From assembly GCA_043821645.1 (NCBI GenBank), contig JBDRCO010000118.1, positions 1 through 64,000 on the forward strand: DNA of 64,000 bases. The letters run 5' to 3'. Every line of letters begins with the position of its first letter. The first letter of the stretch is position 1. Below, piece by piece: positions 31,001-39,162 of this stretch. Position numbers and translations under genes: made by a program. The DNA is from Pseudomonadota bacterium. Lineage in GTDB: Bacteria > Myxococcota > JACRCW01 > JAFGSX01. The notes below the pieces were generated by a model. It was given only the letters and a program-made list of their open reading frames with translations. It ran no database searches and was not told where the DNA came from.

Positions 31001-33155
31001 CAGGGACAGGGCCTGGTCCAGGGCGCAGGTGCTGGACCGCGAGGGCGATGGCGACCCCGAGCCGGGGGGTGAGTACATCATGGCCTTCGACCAGCGGCGC
31101 GGGGTCGCCGTGCTGGTCGACACCGCAGCGGTCGAGTCCGGCAGCTGGGAGTACAACGGCCAGAGCTGGCGCCGCGCTGTGCTGAGTGACACAGAGGGCG
31201 ACGGCGTGCCCGGACGGCGCCGCTGGTCGTGCCTGGGCTGGGACGGCGTCAACGGCGAGGTGATCCTGTACGGGGGCGAGACCACGTTCAGCCACAATCA
31301 GAACCTGTGGACCAGCAACAACGAGCTGTGGACCTTCGACGGTGAGCGCTGGTTGCAGCGGGACCCGTCTGCCTCGCCAGCTCCAGCGCCGGCCTTTCGG
31401 AATTGCGCCATGGCCTGGGATCCCCATCGCCGTCGCGTGGTCTTGCTCGGACGCGAGACCTGGGAGTGGGACGGAGCTGTGCTGCACCAGAAGAGTGTCG
31501 GCGACCTTTCGTTTCCACCGCAAGCCTGGGAGCATCAGCTGGCCTATGACAGCACGCGCAGGCGAGCGGTCGCCCACGGCGGCATGGACACCTACTGGTC
31601 CGGTCTTCGCGATACCTGGGAATACGACGGGCAGCTCGGCACCTGGAGCAAGGTCTTCACAGGCGATGTGAGCTGTACCGGACACCCCTGCTACCGCTCT
31701 GGCCACGGCGTGGCCTACGACCCGGTGTCCCGGCGAACAGTCCTGTTCGGGGGCAGCGACAAGAACGACACCTGGGAGTGGGATGGTGCCACCTGGACCG
31801 TGCAGCCACGGGTCGATCCCGAGGGCGACGGCGGGCCAACGCCAGCGATCTACGCCAGCCTCGGCTACGACTCCGACCGCCAGCGCGTCCTGATCGTCAA
31901 CCGCAGCGGTCCCACGTACGGTATCGCGGACTGGTGGCTGCACGACGGCGCGAGCTGGAGCCAGCCCACCGTCGAGGACAATTTTGGAGATGGGGACCCG
32001 GGTTGGCGTCTTGGAGGAAGCCTCAGCTACGACGACGCGCCGGGCCGGCAGAGCTTTGTCTTCTTCGGCGGCTATGGCGAGTGCCCGACCCAGACCACCT
32101 GCGCGGACACCTGGACCTTCGATGGGGTCGAGTGGCAGCGACGCTGCGACGGCATCCCGGCCGGTGACGTCTGCGACGCCGGGGATGGCCTGCCAGGCGC
32201 GCGCAGGCACCCGGCCAGCGCCTTCGACAGCTCGCGCAAGGAGACCTACCTGTATGGCGGCACCGCGGGCGCGCAGGGGCAGCAGCTGTGGCGCTGGGAT
32301 CATGTGCAGTGGCATCTGGAGCTGCCCACGACGACGGTGCGACCCCCGAACGACCTCAGCGGTTCCGCGCTGACCTACGACGAGGGGCGGGACACCCTGG
32401 TGATGTTCGGCGGCTTCAGCGGCTCCACTCGCGCCGCGCCGCATGTCTGGGAGTGGAGCATGACCAGCCGCGCCTGGACCGAGATCGTGCCCACGGATCC
32501 CGAGGCAGATGGCAGCCCGGAGACCGCCTGGATGCAGGCGCTCGCCTACGATCGCGATCGACATGCGGTGGTCCTGCACGAGCATCGCTGGAAGCTGCCA
32601 CCCCCGGTGCTCTCGTCGTGGGAGTGGAACGGCCAGAGCTGGCGCCACCTTCGCACGGCCTCGCCGCTGTCCGGGGAGTGGCCGACGGTCACCGACGAGA
32701 ATGGGTCCTTGCTCAGCGTGCATGACCGGGAGGCAGGGCGCACCTTCTTGATGGGCGACCACCTGTGGGAGCTGCTGTGGGCCGAGGATGTCCAGCCGGC
32801 CCTGACCCTGCACTTCGACTTCGCCGCGGCCGGGGCACCGCCGGGTACGCGCATCGAGGAGCTGAAGCTCAGCGCGGTGGCCGGGGCGACGAGCCTGGTG
32901 GGCGCGACCGCGACCGATGGAGGGGTCATCGCGAGCTGGGATGGTGACCGCTGGCAGCCACGGGCCAGCTTTGGCTTTGGTCCGCAAACACCCGGAGCCA
33001 TCTCCTGGAGCAGCAGCGTGGCGAGCGAGACAGATGCCCTGTGGGTTGACGACAGCTTGCACCTGGCCATCGTTCCCGAGGGCGTCAACGGCGACCAGGA
33101 TGCCGTGGTGGTGGTGGACCATGTCGAGCTGCGCGTGCGCTACCGCCTGCCCTGA
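28014..33155 (+). CDS. Large surface lipoprotein with Ig-like repeats and Kelch-like beta-propellers
   Basis: GAGGAGG RBS, LLSGC lipobox, repeated D.AGN...D..AP Ig-like units, then repeated AYD....VLFGG...DTWEWDG..W blades. Confidence 0.85.
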   Translation: MRSTALAACALLGCGLLSGCFFSTSVPQDVQLSCSRDESCPAGYVCQESIALCVLKASLDTTPPELVGGPTLDPLVGTVGQIFRLAFTVNEPLFQLPVVSLDVGGREAPFASATEAQGGPRYLYTYTADGSEAQGPRQIHIGLVDEVGTESHPSGGLLTLDFVAPRVTAASLGDEVVAAHTQVTLTLSLSEAPDGQPEVVMSRGAATLTWTHVSASDDGLEHSYTYATTGDESEGLYQIRSSARDLAGNRSSPEDVAALTLDFTAPTLTDQLISPGALVRPGAILTLAFELSEPLPEPPVLTGWPRNASGTTLTFAAEQPGESRLLYTHTVRASEDGDYELSLEALVDAAGNSTAAQLVGTVRVDGSAPELVGFTQSATSLNAADTLVVQFEASEPLAVPPVVELQGHAFTRDESSGDAPYRYSLDLTGTDLLGSFYISVTVVDEALNAATHRPGVVTVDARPPGVIDALFTPAAARLGVTALLTITTDEPLLEPAGVPALALTWALPAGDPGFRFLVRSGLAYTFVLLVDDSIAAQRYGVVSVDLVDEANNPAHIDLATVPSAPVTLDVDNRPPVLSALGTDRWVYSAQPGFDQITLSLDVNENLDVAPASLDVTLGTRAFACGSYQEGSPSYTCTRPVDDAVDAPGGALIRVIATDAAGNQSFDSTSIELDFQAPRVVAGSEGVQLIPAASTPLTQVSRVTLGTTVRLSFAADEPLARDPQVSSPGTPPLAFTRTGGAGTFFIYQHLLEDPAVTDGVRQVHVVLDDAVGNSATWSLTLPAPGFEVDRTPPPPLTQVQDDALRYRRDPWGSSATEGQPDYRVEQTLPGALPGGATVVFWDRAATTSALELGRGHVDGGGTMPAVELNRSDRARIFASLVDEAGNIDGDTARQLHHVEWLATLHGKVAGSTIENPHRAEERPWLGGLLQAGATEAIPAPLQRPDDSFVVTVRSAELRWRRLPLAEPPTSSTHHMVYDATRGLMVLYDGTSGETWEFRDRAWSRAQVLDREGDGDPEPGGEYIMAFDQRRGVAVLVDTAAVESGSWEYNGQSWRRAVLSDTEGDGVPGRRRWSCLGWDGVNGEVILYGGETTFSHNQNLWTSNNELWTFDGERWLQRDPSASPAPAPAFRNCAMAWDPHRRRVVLLGRETWEWDGAVLHQKSVGDLSFPPQAWEHQLAYDSTRRRAVAHGGMDTYWSGLRDTWEYDGQLGTWSKVFTGDVSCTGHPCYRSGHGVAYDPVSRRTVLFGGSDKNDTWEWDGATWTVQPRVDPEGDGGPTPAIYASLGYDSDRQRVLIVNRSGPTYGIADWWLHDGASWSQPTVEDNFGDGDPGWRLGGSLSYDDAPGRQSFVFFGGYGECPTQTTCADTWTFDGVEWQRRCDGIPAGDVCDAGDGLPGARRHPASAFDSSRKETYLYGGTAGAQGQQLWRWDHVQWHLELPTTTVRPPNDLSGSALTYDEGRDTLVMFGGFSGSTRAAPHVWEWSMTSRAWTEIVPTDPEADGSPETAWMQALAYDRDRHAVVLHEHRWKLPPPVLSSWEWNGQSWRHLRTASPLSGEWPTVTDENGSLLSVHDREAGRTFLMGDHLWELLWAEDVQPALTLHFDFAAAGAPPGTRIEELKLSAVAGATSLVGATATDGGVIASWDGDRWQPRASFGFGPQTPGAISWSSSVASETDALWVDDSLHLAIVPEGVNGDQDAVVVVDHVELRVRYRLP

Positions 33156-33169
33156 GGCGCCGCGGTGGC

Positions 33170-33556
33170 CACCAGGACAGCCACCGCGGGTGCCCAGGGT
33201 ACGGCGGGGAGTCGTGGCACCACAGCGGGCCCTGGCCGCGCGTCATGACGTCGAGAGAAGGAGGGCTCGTCGTGGTGGTCGGATGTCGATGTTCGGGTCC
33301 ATCGCGCCTGCAACGGCCAGGACCACGAGGGACCGTACACTCGAAGGAGAATGAGATGCATTCACTGCTTCGCCGTGCGCCCCTTGTCGCCTGTGCCATC
33401 CAGGGCGCGATCGGCTGGCCTGCCTTCCACCTCCCGCAACCGAGGACGCCGGCACGGGGGCCGACGGTGGCATCAGCACCGACGGACCATGGGCTCGAGT
33501 CCATGAGCATCGCGGACTTCAACAAGTGTGCTGCGGCGGCCTGTGAAGTGAAGTGA
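33170..33556 (+). pseudogene. Decayed copy of the C-terminal domain of the 23633-26563 gene
   Basis: Ends DHGLESMSIADFNKCAAAACEVK* versus DHGIESMSIEDFNRCAAAAFEVK*. Upstream in the same frame, HQDSHRGC...RVM resembles NQGSHETC...RVM. Confidence 0.75.
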
Positions 33557-33694
33557 GGAGAACGCTGTGCACAGCCCGTCGCCGACCCGTCGATTTTCTG
33601 GAAGCACGAACGGTCTGGTGCACCGTGCCGGTGACGACGCCGAACGTGGTCGGCGGGTGACCCAGACGTGTTGTGTGCTGGTGAGGAGGAGGTC

Positions 33695-35053
33695 GTGATC
33701 AGATCCACCGCGCTCGCCAGCTGCGCACTGCTGGTCTCGATCCTGGTGCCGGCGCTGGCCAGGTCTGGCGTCGACGACTACCGGCTCGATCGCATCCTTG
33801 TGTTGACCGAACGCGGTGGCCGCGTGTCCTGGTCTCCCGACGGCCAGTGGATCGCCTACGACCGTCGCGAGGACGATGATTTATACGACGTCCACATCAT
33901 CCGCCCCGACGGCACTGACCAGCACTGCCTGACCTGCGAGCACCCCCAGCTGCCCGGCTTCAACGTCGGCCAGCCCGAGTGGCATCCCGGTGGGCGCTTT
34001 CTCGTGATCGAGGTGGAGATGGCCGAGCACGGCGGCAGCCACGAGGGCTCGCGGCCGGGTTCCGGCATCTACAACAACCTCTGGGTGCTGGACCTGGAAG
34101 ACGGTTTCGTCGATCCCCCAGCAACCCAGCTCACCGACGTGCGGGACGGTCGTCCCCTGGGCGAGGCCGAGGGCGGCGTGTTGCACTCAGCCTTCAACCA
34201 CGACGGCAGCCGGTTGCTGTGGACGGACATGGAGGACTACCAGCTTGCACTGATCGTCGGGGACTGGCAGCTGGCCATCGCCGACTTCGTGACCGATCCC
34301 GCGCCGGCGCTGGTTCACACGCAGTTCTACAACCCTGGGCCCAAGCCAGAGTGGTTCGAGGCTCACGGCTGGGGGCCACCTGGCGAGGACTGGGTGTACT
34401 TCGCGTGCACGCCGCTTGCGGGAATGCATATGTGGAATGCGGACATCTGCCGGATGGATCTCGACCGCCCTGAGCAGGTCACCCGGCTCACGTTCTCGGC
34501 AGGCGTCGACGGCGAGCCTAGCATCTACGACGAGCACGCCAAGATGTCGCCGCTGCATGACGCGATCACCTGGGCCTCGGATGCGGTGGTGGATCGCAAC
34601 CGCATGGAGCTGTTCATGGCCAACCTCGACGGCAGCGGCGCCCGTCGCGTGACCTCCTTCAACGAAGCCGGGCACGCGCACGCGACCGGCCACCAGACCC
34701 AGACCTGGGACCATTCGTGGAACCCTGCTCCCGCGGAGGGCTGGCAGGAACTGGCGGTCATCGTGGTCTACACCGACGAGGATCCCCCGCGCGAGACGAT
34801 TCGCATCTTGCACTTCGAGGTGGGCGAGGGGATCGCCCCGGAGAGCGACCCCTATGCGCAAGCGCCGCGCGAGAGCTGCGGTTGCAGGGCCGCAGGTCCG
34901 CAAAGAGGGGGACCGCTGGCCGAGATCTGGCCGGGGCTGATCCTGCTGCTTCACGCAGGCCGCCGGCGAAGGTTCAGACGTACCGCTGCCTCGCCCGCCA
35001 CCCTCGACAAGAACGCATTCCACTGGACAGGCTCATCAGAATACGGAGGTTGA
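33695..35053 (+). CDS. TolB/PD40-like beta-propeller exported protein with MYXO-CTERM-like tail
   Basis: WSPDGQWIAY, PEWHPGG, ANLDGSGARRVT; tail SCGCR...LILLLHAGRRRR. GTG start after GAGGAGG. Confidence 0.8.
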   Translation: MIRSTALASCALLVSILVPALARSGVDDYRLDRILVLTERGGRVSWSPDGQWIAYDRREDDDLYDVHIIRPDGTDQHCLTCEHPQLPGFNVGQPEWHPGGRFLVIEVEMAEHGGSHEGSRPGSGIYNNLWVLDLEDGFVDPPATQLTDVRDGRPLGEAEGGVLHSAFNHDGSRLLWTDMEDYQLALIVGDWQLAIADFVTDPAPALVHTQFYNPGPKPEWFEAHGWGPPGEDWVYFACTPLAGMHMWNADICRMDLDRPEQVTRLTFSAGVDGEPSIYDEHAKMSPLHDAITWASDAVVDRNRMELFMANLDGSGARRVTSFNEAGHAHATGHQTQTWDHSWNPAPAEGWQELAVIVVYTDEDPPRETIRILHFEVGEGIAPESDPYAQAPRESCGCRAAGPQRGGPLAEIWPGLILLLHAGRRRRFRRTAASPATLDKNAFHWTGSSEYGG

Positions 35054-35054
35054 T

Positions 35055-36881
35055 ATGAACGCGTCGCGAAATATCCTGGTGCTCGCTACCTTTGGGCTGG
35101 GCGTTGTGTTGAGTCTGGCCAGCGTGGCCCCTCCAGCGAACGAGGATGCTGGGATCGAGGACGATGGCGGCGGGACGCTGGACGCAGGCGCCGGCGATGC
35201 CGCCTCGATGGATGCCGCAGGGACCGACGCCGCGGGCACCGACGCCGCGGGCCATGACACGGGCAGCTCGACCTGCGAGGGCGAGGGCTTGACCGGCGAG
35301 AGCGAGCCCAACGAGACCTTTCATCAGGCCACGCGGATCTCGAGTGCCCAGGCCGTGAGCGGTGCGATCAGCGCCGACGCCGACGAGGACTGGTACGTCA
35401 TCGAGGTGTGTGGCGAGCGCATCCTCGAGCTGGCCCTGACCAACGCCCCGGATTTTCAGTCCGACGTGACCTACGAGTTCGAGCTGTTCGAATCCGACGG
35501 CGTGACGTCGATGGGGGCCGAGTATCAGTCCGGTGCCAGCGCGACGGTGAACTTCGATCGCAACTACTACATCCCGGCCGCCGGCCTGTACTACGTGCGC
35601 ATCGCCGACCGTTACGGCAGCGGCAACGACCCCGACGGCTACACCCTGACCGTCACCTCGCTGACCGTGCCCGATGCGGATGCCGAGCCCAATGGCAACA
35701 GCACCAACCCCGGCCACCTGCAGCTGGTGGCCACCGCGGTCAGCAGCGGCGTGCAGACCACGGGTTACATCGCCTCGCTCGACGACGACGACTGGTACGC
35801 CATCACCGTGACCGGCGAGAGCATCCTGCAGGTGGATCTGACCAACGCGCCCGCGGTGTCCACCCCACTGACCCTGGAGTTCGAGGCCTATGACACCGAC
35901 GCCGACACGGGCCTGGGAGGCGAGTATCAAAGTGGAGCGAGCAGTATCATCGTGCTGACCCGCAACTACTACCTGCCCGCCGCTGGCACCTACTACGTTC
36001 GCGTCGCGGATCGCTACAGCAGCGCCTACGACTATGCCCAGCCCTACCTGCTGACCCTGACCGAGCTGGCCGTCCCCGACGCTGCGGCCGAGCCCAACGG
36101 CAACAGCAGCAACGCCGACTACCTCAAGACCATCGCCACGGTGGTGAGCAGCGGCGTGCAGACCACCGGCTACATCGCCTCGCTCGTGGACGACGACTGG
36201 TTCGCCATCGCCATCGGCGGCGAGAGCATCCTGCAGGTCGAGCTCACCAACGCCCCCGCCGTGTCGACCCCCCTGACCCTGGAGTTCGAGGCCTACGCCA
36301 CCGATGCGGCCACTGCCATGGGGGCCGAGTACGAGAGCGGCGCCAGCGGCTCCATCACCCTGTCCCGCCGCTACTACATCGCCGCGGCGGGCACCTACTA
36401 CGTCCGCGTCGCGGACCGCTACAGCAGCGCCTACGACTACACCCAGCCCTACCTGCTGACCCTGACCGAGCGCGTGGTGCCGGACGCGGCCTTCGAGCCC
36501 AACGGCAACAGCGACAACCTCGACTACATCAAGACCATCGCCACGGTGATCAGCTCGGCCACGCCGGTGCAGGCCTCCATTGCCTCGATCGGCGACGAGG
36601 ACTGGTACAAGGTCACTCCAGCCGGCGCCGGCACGCTGGCGATCAGCCTCAGCAACGCGCCCGCGGTGGTGTCCGCCGTCACCTACGAGCTGGAGATCTT
36701 CGAGGCCGACGCCTCGACCAGCCTGGGCGCTTGGTACGACTCCGGCAGTCAGGGCACCGTGCTGCTCAACGGCACGGCCAACGTGCAGGCCGGCGCGGAC
36801 TACTACTTCAGGGTCTCCGACCGCTACAGCAGCGGCGACGACTACGATCAGCCCTACACGCTGACCCTGACCATCCCCTGA
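35055..36881 (+). CDS. Exported protein with four tandem PPC-like (pre-peptidase C-terminal) beta domains
   Basis: Repeated EPN...D.DWY...GTYYVRV..Y.LT units; the last three start at an exact 405-bp period (35682, 36087, 36492). Confidence 0.85.
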   Translation: MNASRNILVLATFGLGVVLSLASVAPPANEDAGIEDDGGGTLDAGAGDAASMDAAGTDAAGTDAAGHDTGSSTCEGEGLTGESEPNETFHQATRISSAQAVSGAISADADEDWYVIEVCGERILELALTNAPDFQSDVTYEFELFESDGVTSMGAEYQSGASATVNFDRNYYIPAAGLYYVRIADRYGSGNDPDGYTLTVTSLTVPDADAEPNGNSTNPGHLQLVATAVSSGVQTTGYIASLDDDDWYAITVTGESILQVDLTNAPAVSTPLTLEFEAYDTDADTGLGGEYQSGASSIIVLTRNYYLPAAGTYYVRVADRYSSAYDYAQPYLLTLTELAVPDAAAEPNGNSSNADYLKTIATVVSSGVQTTGYIASLVDDDWFAIAIGGESILQVELTNAPAVSTPLTLEFEAYATDAATAMGAEYESGASGSITLSRRYYIAAAGTYYVRVADRYSSAYDYTQPYLLTLTERVVPDAAFEPNGNSDNLDYIKTIATVISSATPVQASIASIGDEDWYKVTPAGAGTLAISLSNAPAVVSAVTYELEIFEADASTSLGAWYDSGSQGTVLLNGTANVQAGADYYFRVSDRYSSGDDYDQPYTLTLTIP

Positions 36882-36912
36882 CCCGACGCCGGGTCTGCTT
36901 CGAGGAGGGTAC

Positions 36913-38994
36913 ATGCCCGCGAAATCACCACTGGGCCTGCTGGGCTGCGCCCTGCTCCTGGCCTGTCCGGGCGGGACCGGGAGCGCAGGTGTCGACGCGG
37001 CCCGGCTCGCCGATGCGTGGGTGGCAGACGCAGCGATCCTGGATGGCGGCAGCGCGGACCAGGCCGCGGGCGCGGACGCACGCGCGGGCGATGGACGAGT
37101 GGACGACGGTGGGGGGGGAGTCGACGTCGGCGCACTGGACGCCCTCACCGTCGGGGATGCCGGGGCAAGCTTGGACGCGAACGTCAGTCCGGACGCTGGT
37201 GTGTCTGCGGACGCCGCCACACTGGACGCAGCTTCGCCACCACCTCCCTGCGGCAGCGCGCGCGTGCGTGAGGAACTCGCCATCCCCACCGTCGACGGCT
37301 ACACCCTGTCGGCTTTTCTCGACAGGCCCGCCCAGGCGAATTGCCGCCTGCCCACCATCCTGCTGCAGACGCCCTACAACAAGGAGAGCTTCTGGAACGG
37401 ACTCCAGGCCGAGCGGACCGAGCGCCCTTTGTTCAACAGCCCGCACTACAACATCGTTGCGGTGGACTGGCGTGGCCGTTTTGGCTCCAGCAGCTTGCCC
37501 CATCCTGGCGACGGCGCGTGGATGGCCCAGGACTCCTACGACACCGTGGAGTGGATAGCCGTTCAGTCGTGGTCCGACGGCAAGGTGGGGACCTGGGGCG
37601 TGTCTGCTCTCTGCGGCGCCCAGTACCGCACTGCCGCCGGCCCGCAGAATAATGCCCAGCACCCCGACTTCGACGACACGCCGCCTCCGCACCTGGTGGC
37701 CATGGTGCCCATCATGTGCCCGATTCGCACGTCCTATGACCAGGCCTACCCGGGCGGCGTGCTGCGCCACGAGTGGATGAGTGCGCTGGACGTGCTGGGC
37801 TTTGGCCTGCGCACCACCTACGAGAACAACCCGCGCAAGAACTGGTTGTGGAGCCTGCTCGACGCTGCGATTCCAAGTGACCGCATCGCTGTTCCCGCCC
37901 TGGTCGTCGGCGGCTGGTGGGACGTCAACTCCGCTGACACCCTCGAGGCCTTCGCCGAACTTCGCCTCAACAGCGCCCCCGCGGTGCGCGATCAGCACCG
38001 GTTGCTCATGGGGCCCTGGATACACTTCGCCACAGGTGGCGCCGTGGGCGAGGGCGCGGCGCGACCCCTGACCCAGGACGAATGGGTCTTCATGGACGTC
38101 GACCGCGTCATCGACCGCGACTCGCTGGCCTTCTTCGACCTGCACCTGCGCGGCGTGTCGAGCCCGGCCGAGCACTGGGCGCGGGTGCGCTATCACCATG
38201 AGAACGCAGGCTGGCAGAGCGCGGACCAGTGGCCTCCCACCGGAGTCACCACGCGCTCGCTGTACCTCGACGACCAGGCAGCCCTCGTCGCCAGCGCGCC
38301 GGCCAGCGGCGCAATGAGTTTTCCCTACTCACCCGCCGATCCCTCGCCGACACTCGGCGGGCCGACCTTGGCGCCCTACAACTGTGTCGCCAGCGCCACC
38401 CCGCTGCTGTGCACCCTCGCGGCGGCCCCCGACACCATCCTGCTGCACGGACCCATGTCGCAGGCGGCGCTGTACCAGCGTGGTGACCAGCGAACCTTTG
38501 TCACGGCACCGCTGAGCGAGCCCCTGGCACTGCTGGGCGCGCTGCGGGTTCACCTCGACGTTGCCACCACGGGTCTGGACACGGACTTCGCGGTGCGCGT
38601 GCTGGACATCGCCGAGGACCAGGATCCCTGGCTGATCGGCGACGGCATGCAGCGCCTGTCGGCCCGCGACGGCAACACCGCCTACAGCACCGTGACCCCG
38701 GGCCAGCGTTACAGCCTCACCGTCCGCATCAGCAAGGACTTCGCCTACAGCATCCCGGCAGGCCATCGCCTGGGCCTCATGATCAGCTCGAGCAACTGGC
38801 CCCTGGCCGCGCGCAACCCGAACGACGGCGCGGTCTTTCTTGCCAGCGACGTCACCGCAGACACCAACGAGGAGTTCAGCTACGGCCTTCCGGCCACCAT
38901 CGTCGATCTGAAGGGCTCGGGCGTGGATGTGACCAACACGCTCTACCTCGACGGTGCCAGCCGGGTGGAGTTCGAGGTGGCTCCGGGTTCGTAA
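36913..38994 (+). CDS. CocE/NonD-family alpha/beta hydrolase lipoprotein
   Basis: QTPYNK, DWRGRFGS, WSDGKVGTWGVS (nucleophile), GGWWD, GPWIH, PepX-type C-domain, LLLAC lipobox. Confidence 0.9.
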   Translation: MPAKSPLGLLGCALLLACPGGTGSAGVDAARLADAWVADAAILDGGSADQAAGADARAGDGRVDDGGGGVDVGALDALTVGDAGASLDANVSPDAGVSADAATLDAASPPPPCGSARVREELAIPTVDGYTLSAFLDRPAQANCRLPTILLQTPYNKESFWNGLQAERTERPLFNSPHYNIVAVDWRGRFGSSSLPHPGDGAWMAQDSYDTVEWIAVQSWSDGKVGTWGVSALCGAQYRTAAGPQNNAQHPDFDDTPPPHLVAMVPIMCPIRTSYDQAYPGGVLRHEWMSALDVLGFGLRTTYENNPRKNWLWSLLDAAIPSDRIAVPALVVGGWWDVNSADTLEAFAELRLNSAPAVRDQHRLLMGPWIHFATGGAVGEGAARPLTQDEWVFMDVDRVIDRDSLAFFDLHLRGVSSPAEHWARVRYHHENAGWQSADQWPPTGVTTRSLYLDDQAALVASAPASGAMSFPYSPADPSPTLGGPTLAPYNCVASATPLLCTLAAAPDTILLHGPMSQAALYQRGDQRTFVTAPLSEPLALLGALRVHLDVATTGLDTDFAVRVLDIAEDQDPWLIGDGMQRLSARDGNTAYSTVTPGQRYSLTVRISKDFAYSIPAGHRLGLMISSSNWPLAARNPNDGAVFLASDVTADTNEEFSYGLPATIVDLKGSGVDVTNTLYLDGASRVEFEVAPGS

Positions 38995-39162
38995 GGCACG
39001 CAGCGTGCAAAAGAGAATGGCAGGAGGATGGACAAGATCATGAACACCTCAGCCAGCACGCTTCACCCCGTCGCCATCGCCCAGCACCTCGACGCCATCG
39101 GTCAAGTGACCGACCGTCCGTTGCCCGAAGCGGGGGGCGCTGAGCGCCGCTATTGTGCTCCC

